A DNA stretch of 58,351 nt from Aeromicrobium sp. (GTDB taxonomy: Bacteria; Actinomycetota; Actinomycetes; Propionibacteriales; Nocardioidaceae). The position numbers and the translations under genes are program-made. Numbering within the stretch: the stretch's first letter is position 1; every line of letters starts with the position of its first letter. Shown here in pieces: positions 38,617 to 48,977 of the stretch. Below the pieces are notes generated by a model. The model was given only the letters and a program-made list of their open reading frames with translations. It searched no databases and was not told the origin of the DNA. The DNA lies in the NCBI RefSeq assembly GCF_036676885.1, contig NZ_JAKFCB010000376.1:1-58351 (forward strand), given 5' to 3'.

Positions 38617-41600
38617 GCTCGCTCCGTCAGGATCGAGGCGCCCTCGTCCTTGGCGGGGCACACGCGGGCGAACTCGCAGTACTGGCAGGCCTTGACCGAG
38701 GCCGTCGCCGGGAACTGCTCGGCGTCGACCGCGTGCACCGATCGGCGGAGCTGTTCGACGGCGAAGAACGGCTCGTCGCCCCGTGGCGCGTCCTGCGGCT
38801 GGACCTTGGGATAGCCCGGTACGCCCGAGGCGTCGTTGCGGAGCTGGACCAGCTCGGCGCCGGCGGCCGGCGCGCCGGGGGCGAGGCCTTCCGTCGCCCC
38901 CTCCTCGACCGCGAGCTGGTAGAAGCCGAGCTGCGGGTGCTGCGCGATCTCCGGGCCTGTCGGCGTGCCCCGCGAAGTCTTGAGGTCGATGACGTGCACG
39001 CCGTCGTCGCTGAGCTCGACCCGGTCCATCGAACCGTTGAGGACGACCGGGCGACCGTCGACGTCGGTCGTCACCTCGAACCTGTGCTCCGCCGCCAGGA
39101 CCTCTCGGCCGTGCTCGAGGTGCCACCGGCAGAACCGCTCGAGCGACTCCTTGGCGGCGGCCCGCTCACGAGCGCCGACCCACGGGGCGTACTCGAGCTG
39201 GTGCCACACCCCGTCGAGGTGCTCGGCGAGCTGCTCGGGTTCGGGATCGAGGCCGGCCGTCACGACCTCGGCGGCGATCGCGTGGACGATCGAGCCGAAG
39301 CCTTGCGCCGCAGTGGTGCCACGCTGGCCGCGCGCCTCATGACCGAGGAACCACTTGAGCGGGCACTCGGCAAGCGTGGACACCGAGCTGCCCGACATGC
39401 GCAGTGGCTCGGCCGGGTCGTGCAGGGGGAGGTCGTTGGCGGTGATCTCGCGCAGGCCCCACCACTGGTCGGGATGCGCCGAGCGGGCCCGCGGGTGCTC
39501 GGCGAGCCGGGCCAACAGCTGGGCGGATCGTGCGCGTACGGCCGGATCGTCGGTCGACTCCCCCAGCCGGCGGAGCTCGGCGACCGCACCGCGCAGGTTG
39601 AGCGCCCGCCGCGGACGGTGCCGCGTGCCCGGGAGCATGCGGCCCGCAGCGCCGAGGGTGTGGGCGTGCAGCTCACCGACGAACCGCGACGGCTGGTCGC
39701 CGGCGTCGTCGCCGCTGGCCACGGCCGTGACGACGAGCCGCGAGCGAGCCCGGCTGCAGGCGACATAGAACAGCCTGCGCTCCTCGGCCAGCGCCTCGCG
39801 CGCTGCCGGCGGTGGCAGGAGCCCGTCGGCGCCCAGCCGGTCACCCTGGAGCAGGCTGCCGCGCATGCGTACGTCGGGCCACTCGCCGTCCTGCACGCCG
39901 GCGACGACCACCAGCGGCCATTCGAGCCCCTTGGAGCGATGGGCCGTCATGAGCTGGACGGCACGGGCACCGGTGCCCTGCTGGGAGAGGTTGTCGGCCG
40001 GGATCTGCTGGGCCTCGAGCCGGGTGACGACCTCGGCGATGCCGAGTCGGGCCTGCTGCTCCTCGGCGCGCGCCGCCTCGACGAACAGCGCGACGAGCGC
40101 GTCGAGGTCGTGGTTGGCCCGGGCCGCTCCCTCGCCGCCGCCCGTCGCCTCGGCCTCGAGGCGCCGGTTCCACCCGGACTTCTCCCAGATCGTCCAGAGC
40201 ACCTGTTCGGCCGACTCGCGCGCGGCGATCTGCTCGGAGGCGACCTTCAGGAGCCGGGCGAGGCGAGCGGCGGCCGCCACGGCGTCACCCTCGGGGCTCC
40301 CGGGACGGGCGAGGGACTTCAGGTGCACGGGGTCGGAGAGTGACTCGGCGACGAGGACGCGCGAGGGCCGTGGACTGCTGCCGTCCTTGGCCGCGTCACG
40401 GCGCAGGACCCGGCCCAGCCGCCGCAACGACGCGGCGTCGAGCCCGCCGAGCGGCCCGGTGAGCAGGGCGGCCGCCGACGCCGGGTCGAGCGTCGCGCCG
40501 GTCTGCATCTCGTCGGCCGCGTGCACCGCGGACAGGAGCGTACGCACGGCCGGCTCGACCGCCAGCGGGATCTCGTCGCCGGCCACCTCGACCGGGACCC
40601 CGGCGGCGGTCAGCGCACGCTGGAGACGCCCGACGTGGACGCCCGAGCGTACGAGGACGGCCATGTCCTCCCAGCCGACGTCGTCGTGCAGATGAGCCTC
40701 GCGCAGCAGCAGCGCGATGTGCTCGGCCTCCGCTGTCGGCGACGAGAACGTCTGGACCGTGACCTCACCCTCGTCACGCGTGCGTGACACCGGCGAGCGC
40801 AGCGCGGCGTATGCCTCGCCGTCGATGGCGCCCAGCACGCCGCGGTTGTCGACGATCGAACGGACGGCCGCGCCGATCGTCGGTCCGTAGCGGTTGGTGT
40901 GGCGCAGCGTGACGACCGGGACCCGGGTCGACGCCGTCGAGAAGCGGTCGGCGAAGTCGAGGATGCCGCGCACGTCGGCCCCACGGAAGCCGTAGATCGA
41001 CTGGTAGGGGTCGCCCACCACGACGAGGTCGCGTCCCTGGCCGGCGAGCGCCGCGAGCAGCTGGACCTGGAGTGGATCGGTGTCCTGGTATTCGTCGACG
41101 ACGATCAACGAGAACCGGTCGCGCCATCTCGCCCGGCGCGCGGGGTCGTCGAGCAGCCGAACCGCCTGGAAGATCAGGTCGGTGTGGTCGATCGTGTTCT
41201 GCAGCGCCGCGACCGAGGTGTATTCGTCGAAGAACCGGCCGGCCGCGACCCAGTCAGCACGCTCCGTCGCCTCGCCGAGCCGTTCGAGGTCGTACGCGTC
41301 GAGGCCCCGCGAGCGGGCGGTCGCCATGAGCCGCTGCAGCTCGGTGGCCATGCCGCGGGTCTGCAGCGCCTGGCGCAGCTCGACGGGCCACGTCTCGGGG
41401 TCGGCGCCGGCGAGCACCTCGCTGATGACCGCGTCCTGCTCCGGCGCACTCAGCAGCCGCATCGGGCTCGCGTAGTCGCCGGGGTCCTGCTCGGCGCGCA
41501 GCATGCCGTAGCAGAACGAGTGGAACGTCATCGCCGGCGTCGTCGCGGTGGTGCGGTCGAGCCGGCGGGCGATGCGGCTGCGGATCTCGGCGGCGGCCTT

Positions 41601-41840
41601 GCGGCTGAACGTCAGGACCAGGATCTCCTCCGGCGCGAGCCCTCCGAGCTCACCACGATCGCCGCGCTCGACCCGGTCGACCACGAGCTCGACGAGCGTC
41701 GTGGTCTTGCCGGTGCCGGGGCCGGCGAGCACCAGCAGCGGGCCGCCCAGGTGGTCGACGACGGCCTGCTGATCGGCGTCGAGCACCGGAGCGACGAGCG
41801 GCTCGACGCTCGGCTTCTCCAACACGTACTCGACCGGCAT
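38613..41840 (-). CDS. adnA: AdnA helicase-nuclease subunit with four-Cys (Fe-S) nuclease domain
   Basis: AGPGTGKT, DEYQD, TAHRSKGLEW, CPL.WFL, DR.E..IDLKT, QL..YQ, CQYC....VCP. Confidence 0.9.
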   Translation of the reverse strand: MPVEYVLEKPSVEPLVAPVLDADQQAVVDHLGGPLLVLAGPGTGKTTTLVELVVDRVERGDRGELGGLAPEEILVLTFSRKAAAEIRSRIARRLDRTTATTPAMTFHSFCYGMLRAEQDPGDYASPMRLLSAPEQDAVISEVLAGADPETWPVELRQALQTRGMATELQRLMATARSRGLDAYDLERLGEATERADWVAAGRFFDEYTSVAALQNTIDHTDLIFQAVRLLDDPARRARWRDRFSLIVVDEYQDTDPLQVQLLAALAGQGRDLVVVGDPYQSIYGFRGADVRGILDFADRFSTASTRVPVVTLRHTNRYGPTIGAAVRSIVDNRGVLGAIDGEAYAALRSPVSRTRDEGEVTVQTFSSPTAEAEHIALLLREAHLHDDVGWEDMAVLVRSGVHVGRLQRALTAAGVPVEVAGDEIPLAVEPAVRTLLSAVHAADEMQTGATLDPASAAALLTGPLGGLDAASLRRLGRVLRRDAAKDGSSPRPSRVLVAESLSDPVHLKSLARPGSPEGDAVAAAARLARLLKVASEQIAARESAEQVLWTIWEKSGWNRRLEAEATGGGEGAARANHDLDALVALFVEAARAEEQQARLGIAEVVTRLEAQQIPADNLSQQGTGARAVQLMTAHRSKGLEWPLVVVAGVQDGEWPDVRMRGSLLQGDRLGADGLLPPPAAREALAEERRLFYVACSRARSRLVVTAVASGDDAGDQPSRFVGELHAHTLGAAGRMLPGTRHRPRRALNLRGAVAELRRLGESTDDPAVRARSAQLLARLAEHPRARSAHPDQWWGLREITANDLPLHDPAEPLRMSGSSVSTLAECPLKWFLGHEARGQRGTTAAQGFGSIVHAIAAEVVTAGLDPEPEQLAEHLDGVWHQLEYAPWVGARERAAAKESLERFCRWHLEHGREVLAAEHRFEVTTDVDGRPVVLNGSMDRVELSDDGVHVIDLKTSRGTPTGPEIAQHPQLGFYQLAVEEGATEGLAPGAPAAGAELVQLRNDASGVPGYPKVQPQDAPRGDEPFFAVEQLRRSVHAVDAEQFPATASVKACQYCEFARVCPAKDEGASILTERA

Positions 41841-41869
41841 GACCCCATCCCACCAGACGGGGCGGACAC

Positions 41870-42169
41870 TCAGTCGTCGAACCGCCAGAGGGCGCGCTTC
41901 ATGTCGACGGCTGAGCCGTTGTTGCGCATCGGGGTGTCCTCGATCGCATAGTGCTCCTGCGCCCCGACACCGTGCGACGGGGGCAGCGAACCGTCAGCGC
42001 GTACGACCCGCCACCACGCGACGGCACCGCCCTCGAGGGCCATGACGCGGCCCACCTGACGTGGACCGCCCTCCTCGAGGATCTCCGCGATGATGCCGTA
42101 CGACAGCACCTTCCCCGGCGGGATCTGCTCGACCAGGTCGAGGACCCGATCGGCGAAGTCGTCCTTCAT
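41870..42169 (-). CDS. Alkyltransferase-like (ATL/MGMT-family) DNA-binding protein
   Basis: IPPG.V.SYG.IA, PRQVG, and AWWRVV in place of catalytic PCHR. Confidence 0.85.
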   Translation of the reverse strand: MKDDFADRVLDLVEQIPPGKVLSYGIIAEILEEGGPRQVGRVMALEGGAVAWWRVVRADGSLPPSHGVGAQEHYAIEDTPMRNNGSAVDMKRALWRFDD

Positions 42170-42249
42170 GAGGACCACCCTGCCGTGGGAGTGACGACAT
42201 GCAGGCGACACGCCGATGGCGGCCTGCAGTTCGTCACTCCCAGCGGGGG

Positions 42250-43422
42250 TCAGTACGAGGGCTGGCTCGGGTCGATCTGGTTGACCCACGCCGCGACGCC
42301 GCCGCCGACGTGCACGGAGTCCTTGTAGCCCGCGCCCTTGAGCACCACGAGCGCCTCGGCCGAACGGATGCCGGTCTTGCAGTGCAGCACGATCTGCTTG
42401 TCGCCCGGCAGCTGCTCGAGGGCCTTGCCGTTGAGGAAGTCGCCCTTGGGGATCAGGATCGAGCCCGGGATCTTGTTGATCTCGTACTCACCGGGCTCGC
42501 GTACGTCGACCAGCACGAAGTCGCGCCCGCCGTCGCCGCGCTCCTTGAGCCATCCGTCGAGCGTCGTCACCGAGATCGTCGAGTCGGCAGCCGCCTCGGC
42601 AGCCTCCTCGCTGATCGCGCCGCAGAACGCCTCGTAGTCGTCCATCAGCGCCGTGATCGGCTGGCCCGTGGGGTCGCGGCGGATGTTGAGCGTCGAGTAG
42701 CGCATCTCGAGCGCGTCGTAGACCATCAGGCGGCCGATCAGCGGGTCACCGATGCCGGTGATGAGCTTGATCGCCTCGGTCACCATGATCGAGCCGATCG
42801 ACGCGCACAGCACGCCCAGCACGCCGCCCTCGGCGCACGACGGGACCATGCCCGGCGGCGGGGGCTCGGGGTAGAGGTCGCGGTACTGCGGCCCCTCCTG
42901 CGCCCAGAACACCGACACCTGGCCCTCGAACCGGTAGATCGAGCCCCAGACGTACGGCTTGCCGAGCAGGACGGCCGCGTCGTTGACGAGGTAGCGCGTC
43001 GCGAAGTTGTCGGTGCCGTCGACGATCAGGTCGTACTGGCTGAAGATCTCGAGCACGTTGTCGTTGTCGAGGCGCTCGTTGTGCACGATCGTCTTGACGT
43101 ACGGGTTGGTCTCGGCGACCGATGCCGCGGCCGACTCGGCCTTGGGCTTGTCGATGTCGGACTGCCCGTGGATGATCTGGCGCTGCAGGTTGGACTCGTC
43201 GACCACGTCGTCGTCGATGATGCCGAGCGTGCCGACACCCGCCGCCGCGAGGTAGAGCAGCGCAGGGCTGCCGAGGCCACCGGCGCCGATCACGAGCACC
43301 TTGGCGTTCTTGAGCCGCTTCTGGCCCGTCATCCCGACGTCGGGGATGATCAGGTGCCGGCTGTAGCGACGGACCTCGTCGATGGTCAGTTCGTCGGCGG
43401 GTTCCACGAGTGGGGCGACCAC
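42250..43422 (-). CDS. moeZ: Adenylyltransferase/sulfurtransferase MoeZ
   Basis: RYSRHLIIPDVG, GAGGLGSP, SNLQRQ, DGTDNF.TRY, VPSCAEGGVLG, rhodanese HCKTGIRS; AGAGGAG before GTG. Confidence 0.93.
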   Translation of the reverse strand: MVAPLVEPADELTIDEVRRYSRHLIIPDVGMTGQKRLKNAKVLVIGAGGLGSPALLYLAAAGVGTLGIIDDDVVDESNLQRQIIHGQSDIDKPKAESAAASVAETNPYVKTIVHNERLDNDNVLEIFSQYDLIVDGTDNFATRYLVNDAAVLLGKPYVWGSIYRFEGQVSVFWAQEGPQYRDLYPEPPPPGMVPSCAEGGVLGVLCASIGSIMVTEAIKLITGIGDPLIGRLMVYDALEMRYSTLNIRRDPTGQPITALMDDYEAFCGAISEEAAEAAADSTISVTTLDGWLKERGDGGRDFVLVDVREPGEYEINKIPGSILIPKGDFLNGKALEQLPGDKQIVLHCKTGIRSAEALVVLKGAGYKDSVHVGGGVAAWVNQIDPSQPSY

Positions 43423-43558
43423 GGGTTCTCCTCTGCTTGCGGTGCGGTGCAAACGGTTCTGGCGGCATAACACCGCATCCACGCACCATTGTTCCCCGTC
43501 GGCGCAACGTCGCCGGTGGGCGTCCGAATGTCGGGCACCACCGACTACTGTTGGGTCC

Positions 43559-44200
43559 GTGACCGAAACGACCCCGATGCGTCCGCGCACGAGCCGCCTG
43601 CCCCGCACGGCACGGCGTGCTCAACTGCTGGAGGTTGCGCTCGAGGTGTTCGTCGAGCAGGGCTACCACTCCGCGTCGATGGACGAGATCGCCGAGCGTG
43701 CGGGCGTCTCCAAGCCCGTGCTCTACCAGCACTTCCCCGGCAAGCTCGACCTCTACCTCGCCCTCCTCGAGACGTCGTGCGACACCGTGATCGACGGCGT
43801 CAAGACCGCCCTCGCCTCGACCTCGGACAACCGCAAGCGGGTCCGGGCCACGATGGAGCTCTGGTACGACTACGTCGCCGACCAGGGCGCCGCGTTCCGC
43901 CTCGTGTTCGAGTCCGACCTCACGAGCGACCCGTCCGTACGCGAGCAGATCGACCGCGTCATCGAGGAGTCGGCCTCCGCGATCGCCGAGGTCATCCGCG
44001 AGGACACCGGGCTCCCGGTCGCCTCGTCCCACCTGTTGGCGGTCAGCCTCGTCGGCATGGGCCATGTCGGGGCTCGCAACTGGCTGTCGCAGGACTCGAG
44101 CCTGACCCGCAGCGAAGCCGTCCAGCTCGTCGCCGGCCTGGCCTGGCGCGGCATCGGCGCATTCCCCCGCAACGAAGATGACATCAAAGGAGATGAGTGA
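43559..44200 (+). CDS. TetR-family regulator (Rv3208-like)
   Basis: RLPR.ARR.QLL, GYH.ASMDEIAERAGVSKPVLYQHFPGK, FRLVFESD, AWRGI..FP. Confidence 0.9.
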   Translation: MTETTPMRPRTSRLPRTARRAQLLEVALEVFVEQGYHSASMDEIAERAGVSKPVLYQHFPGKLDLYLALLETSCDTVIDGVKTALASTSDNRKRVRATMELWYDYVADQGAAFRLVFESDLTSDPSVREQIDRVIEESASAIAEVIREDTGLPVASSHLLAVSLVGMGHVGARNWLSQDSSLTRSEAVQLVAGLAWRGIGAFPRNEDDIKGDE

Positions 44201-44460
44201 CCGTGGAGGTCAAGATCGGCGTGCAGCACGTCGCCCGTGAGCTGTCAGTGGCAACCGAGTCGACGCCCGAGGACGTGCTCAAGGCGCTCGACACCGCCCT
44301 CAAGGACGAAGCGGTGTTCACCCTGACCGACTCCAAGGGGCGTACGGTCGCGGTTCCGGCGGCGAAGGTCGCCTACCTCGACTTCACCTCCGACCTCGGC
44401 CGCAAGGTCGGCTTCGGTCTCGCCGCGAGCGAAGCCGTCACCGCCGCCGCCTCCAAGTAG
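44197..44460 (+). CDS. DUF3107 family protein (Rv3208A-like)
   Basis: VEVKIGV....REL, LTD.KGR...VP, RKVGF. Confidence 0.88.
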   Translation: MTVEVKIGVQHVARELSVATESTPEDVLKALDTALKDEAVFTLTDSKGRTVAVPAAKVAYLDFTSDLGRKVGFGLAASEAVTAAASK

Positions 44461-44477
44461 GGCGCGCAGCTCGGCAC

Positions 44478-45002
44478 ATGGCCGAATACCTCCTCCCGCC
44501 CACGCGGGTCGATGGGTCGATCGTGCTGGCTCCCTACGACCCGGCCTGGCCTGCGGAGTTCGAGACCCTCGCCGCCCGCATCCGTACGGCCCTGGGCCCG
44601 GTCGCCACCGACGTCGAGCATGTCGGTTCGACATCGGTCCCCGGGCTGGCGGCCAAGCCGATCATCGACATCAACCTGCTCGTCGTCGACAGTGCCGACG
44701 AGCAGGCATACCTCCCTGCGCTCGAGGCACTGGGTTACGTGCTCCACATCCGCGAGCCGGGCTGGCACGAGCACCGGCTCCTGCGCCTGGAGGCGCCGAG
44801 GGTCAACCTGCACGTCTTCACGACCGGGTCGGCTGAGCACGACCGGATGATCACGTTCCGCGACCGCCTGCGCGCGGATCCGCGGGCGTTCGACCTCTAT
44901 CTGTCGACGAAGCAGCGCCTCGCGGCCAGGCACTGGCATCGCGTGCAGGACTACGCCGACGAGAAGTCCTCCGTCGTCGAGCAGATCCTGTCGGATTCGT
45001 AG
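44478..45002 (+). CDS. GrpB-like nucleotidyltransferase-fold protein (UPF0157)
   Basis: YDPAWP..F, EHVGSTSVPGLAAKPIIDI, FRDRLR, Y...K, YADEK. Confidence 0.9.
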   Translation: MAEYLLPPTRVDGSIVLAPYDPAWPAEFETLAARIRTALGPVATDVEHVGSTSVPGLAAKPIIDINLLVVDSADEQAYLPALEALGYVLHIREPGWHEHRLLRLEAPRVNLHVFTTGSAEHDRMITFRDRLRADPRAFDLYLSTKQRLAARHWHRVQDYADEKSSVVEQILSDS

Positions 45003-45046
45003 GGTCCCGTTCGTCGTAACGATGAGACCCGACCGAAGGAGCAGCG

Positions 45047-45388
45047 ATGAAGTACATGATGTTGATCGTCTCCGACCCCGAGGCGGCCGACCGGCCGAGC
45101 GACCCGGCCGTCGACCAGGTCGAAGACTGGGTGGCCAAGCACGACAGCAGCGGCAAGCGGCTGATGGGCCAGCGGCTGCACCCACCCGAGTCCGCCACGA
45201 CGATCCGGCGCCGAGGCGGTGAGCTGCTCGTCACCGACGGTCCGTTCACCGAGTCCCGGGAGTGGATCGCCGGATTCGACATCCTCGAGTGCGAGGACCT
45301 TGACGAAGCCATCGCGATCGCGTCATCGCACCCGATGTCTGCCGCCGGCGCGGTCGAGCTGCGGCCCTATTGGCCCTACGAGTCCTGA
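45047..45388 (+). CDS. YciI/DGPF-domain protein
   Basis: MKYM.L, VTDGPFTESRE.IAGF, DLDEAI, VELRP. Confidence 0.9.
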   Translation: MKYMMLIVSDPEAADRPSDPAVDQVEDWVAKHDSSGKRLMGQRLHPPESATTIRRRGGELLVTDGPFTESREWIAGFDILECEDLDEAIAIASSHPMSAAGAVELRPYWPYES

Positions 45389-45390
45389 GC

Positions 45391-46620
45391 ATGAGCGAGG
45401 GTGGGCGCGCGGCGGTTGAGGACGTCCGTCGCGCGCTCGCTGACGCCATGGCGGAGCAGCGGTTGCGCATCGTCGCCTCCCTCATACGTACGACCGGCGA
45501 CTGGGACCTCGCGGAGGACGCCGTCTCCGACGCCGCCGAGCGGGCGCTCTTGAGCTGGCCCCGCGACGGCATACCCGACAACCCGCCGGCGTGGCTCACC
45601 ATGACGGCGAGACGACGGGCGATCGACGTGTTGCGCCGCGCCCAGGTCGAGCGAGGCAAGCTCGCCGACCTGGCCGCCCTCGAGGAGCTGACCGCCACGA
45701 GCACGGACGAGTCGCCGATGGGTGACGACCGGCTGCGGCTCGTCTTCACGTGCTGTCACCCCGCGCTCGCCCTCGAGGCGCGAGTCGCGCTGACGCTCAA
45801 GGTCGTCTCAGGGCTGTCGACCGAGGCGATCGGGCGCGGGTTCCTGACGTCGGAGGCCACGATGGGTCAGCGCCTGCTGCGCGCGAAGCGCAAGATCGCG
45901 CAGGCCGGCATCCCCTATCGCGTGCCGACCGACGACCTCAGCGAACGCGTCGACGGCGTGCTGGCCGTCATCTATCTGGTGTTCACCGAGGGCTACGCGA
46001 CCGCGGCGCACGGCCTCGCCGACGAGGCGATCCGGCTCGGCCGGCTGCTCGTCGGACTCCTGCCGGCGTCCGACGAGACCCGCGCGCTGCTCGCCCTGAT
46101 GCTGCTGCAGCACGCCCGGCGCGATGCGCGTGACGTCGACGGTGAGCGCGTGACCCTCGAGCAGCAGGACCGCACTCGCTGGCACCGCGACGAGATCGAC
46201 GAGGCACTGGCGCTGCTCCGCCGTCGCTGGACGGTGCGCGGCCCGTACGCCGTGCAGGCCGACATCGCCGCGGTGCACGCCACGACCCGCTCTGCCGACG
46301 AGACCGACTGGCCCGCGATCGTCGCGTTGTACGACGAGCTGCTCGACATCGCACCGTCACCCGTCATCGCGCTCAACCGGGCGATCGCGGTCGGCATGAG
46401 CGATGGCCCCCTCGCCGGGCTCGCCGCCCTGGAGTCGGCGGCCGGCGACCCGAAGCTGGCCGGGCACTACCTCGTCGCCGCTGCGCGCGGTGACCTCCTC
46501 ACCCGCGCCGGGCTGCAGGACGAGGCGCTGATCGCGATCGAGCAGGCGATCGAGCTCGCGCCGACCGAGCGGGAGCGCCGTCAGCTCGAGCAGCGCGCCG
46601 CCGAGCTCCGCCGACCCTGA
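45391..46620 (+). CDS. ECF sigma factor with TPR extension (ECF42-like)
   Basis: D.DLAEDA, WP.DG.P.NP.AWL, DDRLRLVFTCCHPAL, QRL.RAK.KI, QDR.RW, SPVIALNRA.A; preceded by a DGPF gene. Confidence 0.9.
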   Translation: MSEGGRAAVEDVRRALADAMAEQRLRIVASLIRTTGDWDLAEDAVSDAAERALLSWPRDGIPDNPPAWLTMTARRRAIDVLRRAQVERGKLADLAALEELTATSTDESPMGDDRLRLVFTCCHPALALEARVALTLKVVSGLSTEAIGRGFLTSEATMGQRLLRAKRKIAQAGIPYRVPTDDLSERVDGVLAVIYLVFTEGYATAAHGLADEAIRLGRLLVGLLPASDETRALLALMLLQHARRDARDVDGERVTLEQQDRTRWHRDEIDEALALLRRRWTVRGPYAVQADIAAVHATTRSADETDWPAIVALYDELLDIAPSPVIALNRAIAVGMSDGPLAGLAALESAAGDPKLAGHYLVAAARGDLLTRAGLQDEALIAIEQAIELAPTERERRQLEQRAAELRRP

Positions 46621-46625
46621 CCGGA

Positions 46626-46676
46626 GCGGTGAGTTGGCGTCCAGATCAGCTCCCGAAGTGGACGCTAAGTCACCGC
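46626..46676. terminator. Long hairpin between convergent genes
   Basis: GCGGTGAGTTGGCGTCCA...TGGACGCTAAGTCACCGC. Confidence 0.6.
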
Positions 46677-46689
46677 CCTCTCGGACGGG

Positions 46690-47388
46690 TCAGGCGGCGA
46701 GGCCGAGCTTCTCCATGCGCGCGGCGTGCGCCTCCGTGAGCCGGGTGAACATGCGGCCGATGCCGGCCAGGTCCATCCCGGGATGGTCGACACCGCCGAC
46801 CAGCACGGTGCTCAGCGCGTCACGCTCGGCGACGACGGTCTGCGCCTGGCTGAGCGCCTCCCCCATGAGCCGCCGGCCCCACAGCGCCAGCCGGCCGCCG
46901 ACGCGCGGATCCTTCTCGATCGCACCCCGTACGGCGTCGACGACGAAGTCGGAGTGCCCCGTCCCGCTCAGCGTGTCCAGGACGAGCTCGCGGGTCTCGG
47001 TGTCGAGGTAGGCCGCGATCTCCCGGTAGAAGTCGGCCGCCAGGCCGTCGCCGACGTACGCCTTGACGAGCCCCTCGAGCCAGTCCGACGGCGTCGTCTG
47101 CCGGTGGAACCGCTCGAAGATCGTCGCGAACTCCTGCATCGTCTCGTACGGGTCCTCGCCGAGCTGCACGAGCCGGTCGCGGAGCTTCTCGAAGTGCTCG
47201 AACTCCGCCGTCGCCATCGCGGCGATCTCGACCTTCGTCTTGAGGTCGGGCGCCATCTTGGCGTCCTCTGCGAGGCGTTCGCAGGCGCTGATCTCGCCGT
47301 ACGCCAGGATGCCCAGCAGCTCGATCACACCCGTCCGGTAGACCGGATCGTCCAACGTCGAGGGCGGCGGAACGTTCTTGGAAGCCAT
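46690..47388 (-). CDS. Ferritin-like fold protein (MiaE-like, Rv3210c-like)
   Basis: LAYGE.SA.ERLA.DA..AP, E..H, W.E.LVKAYVGDGLA.DFYRE, RLALWGRRL.GEA.SQAQ, H..RM..LGL. Confidence 0.88.
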   Translation of the reverse strand: MASKNVPPPSTLDDPVYRTGVIELLGILAYGEISACERLAEDAKMAPDLKTKVEIAAMATAEFEHFEKLRDRLVQLGEDPYETMQEFATIFERFHRQTTPSDWLEGLVKAYVGDGLAADFYREIAAYLDTETRELVLDTLSGTGHSDFVVDAVRGAIEKDPRVGGRLALWGRRLMGEALSQAQTVVAERDALSTVLVGGVDHPGMDLAGIGRMFTRLTEAHAARMEKLGLAA

Positions 47389-47474
47389 GCCCCGCAGCGT
47401 AGCGGGAATGCCGGCCGCGCCAGACGATAGACTGGGCCCAGAAATCACACGAGTCTCAAGAATTCGAGAAGACC

Positions 47475-48920
47475 CTGACTACGTTCAAAGATCTGGGCGT
47501 CATGCCCGAGATCGCCGACGCATTGATTGATGTCGGCATCGAGAACCCTTTCCCGATCCAGGAGATGACGCTCTCCGTCGCCCTCATGGGCACCGACCTG
47601 ATCGGCCAGGCGCGCACCGGAACCGGCAAGACGCTGGCGTTCGGCATCCCCGTCATTCAGCGCACCGTCGCGCCCCACGACGCCGACTACGACCAGATCG
47701 TCGCCGGCAAGCCACAAGCCCTGATCGTCGCTCCGACGCGTGAGCTGGCGATCCAGGTCGCCAGCGACATCGAGGTCGCGTCCAAGCGCCGCGGCACGCG
47801 CAACCTGACGATCTACGGCGGCGTCCCCTACGAGTCGCAGCTCGACGCGCTGAAGTCCGGCGTCGACATCGTCGTCGGTACGCCCGGCCGCCTGCTCGAC
47901 CTGGCCAACCGCGGCGCGCTCGACCTGTCGCACGTCAAGTCGCTGGTGCTCGACGAGGCCGACGAGATGCTCGACCTGGGCTTCCTGCCCGACGTCGAGT
48001 CGATCCTGGCCAAGACGCCGGAGACCCGCCAGACGATGCTGTTCTCGGCGACCATGCCGGGCGCGATCGTCGGGCTGGCCCGCAAGCACATGCGCCACCC
48101 CATGAACATCCGCGCCGAGTCCGGCGAGGACACCCAGATGGTGCCGGCAACGGCGCAGTTCGTCTGGCAGGCGCACGAGATGGACAAGGCCGAGATCGTC
48201 GGCCGCATCCTGCAGGCCGACGACGTCGGCAAGGTCCTGGTCTTCACGCGTACGAAGCGCACGGCGCAACGCGTCGCCGACGAGCTCATCGACCGCGGCT
48301 TCCCGGCCTCGCCGCTGCACGGCGACATGGCGCAGCCGGCCCGTGAGAAGGCCCTGACCCGCTTCCGCGAGGGCAAGATCAACATCCTCGTCGCGACCGA
48401 CGTCGCCGCCCGCGGCATCGACGTCGCCGGCATCACGCACGTCATCAACTACAACTGCCCCGAGGACGACAAGACGTACGTCCACCGGATCGGTCGTACG
48501 GGCCGCGCCGGCGCCTCAGGCATCGCCGTGACGTTCGTCGACTGGGCCGACATCACCCGCTGGAAGCTCATCAACTCCGCGCTGGGCCTGCCGTTCGACG
48601 AGCCGCAGGAGACCTACTCGACGTCCGACCACCTGTTCCACGACCTCGGCATCGACCGCGGCGTCAAGGGCCGGATCAAGGACGCGTCACCCCGTGAGCC
48701 CAAGAAGGACGACGGCCGTGGTGGCGGTCGCGGCCGCAGCGGCGGAAGCGGCGGCGGACGTGGCGGCGAGCGCAGCGGTGGAGGCGGCGGCCGTGGCGGC
48801 GAGCAGAAGGCGCAGCAGTCCTCGGCCGGCGACAAGCAGAGCGAGGGCGGACAGCGCCCGCGTCGCAACCGCAACCGCACGCGTTCGCGCGGCGGCGCCC
48901 CCGTCTCCAAGACGGACTGA
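47475..48920 (+). CDS. DEAD-box RNA helicase (Rv3211/RhlE-like), probable CTG start
   Basis: PFPIQ, ARTGTGKT, PTREL, GTPGR, DEAD, SAT, HRIGRTGR, RGG-rich tail; N-terminal F..LG precedes the ATG at 47502. Confidence 0.92.
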   Translation: MTTFKDLGVMPEIADALIDVGIENPFPIQEMTLSVALMGTDLIGQARTGTGKTLAFGIPVIQRTVAPHDADYDQIVAGKPQALIVAPTRELAIQVASDIEVASKRRGTRNLTIYGGVPYESQLDALKSGVDIVVGTPGRLLDLANRGALDLSHVKSLVLDEADEMLDLGFLPDVESILAKTPETRQTMLFSATMPGAIVGLARKHMRHPMNIRAESGEDTQMVPATAQFVWQAHEMDKAEIVGRILQADDVGKVLVFTRTKRTAQRVADELIDRGFPASPLHGDMAQPAREKALTRFREGKINILVATDVAARGIDVAGITHVINYNCPEDDKTYVHRIGRTGRAGASGIAVTFVDWADITRWKLINSALGLPFDEPQETYSTSDHLFHDLGIDRGVKGRIKDASPREPKKDDGRGGGRGRSGGSGGGRGGERSGGGGGRGGEQKAQQSSAGDKQSEGGQRPRRNRNRTRSRGGAPVSKTD

Positions 48921-48977
48921 CCCCAAGAAAGCCCGACGACGCTGACTGGTCACCTTTGACCCCTCAGCCGTCGGGGC

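Noticed and set aside
35494-41840. Novel helicase-nuclease defence system
   Set aside because: Matches the housekeeping AdnAB end-resection pair in its usual nudC-linked context
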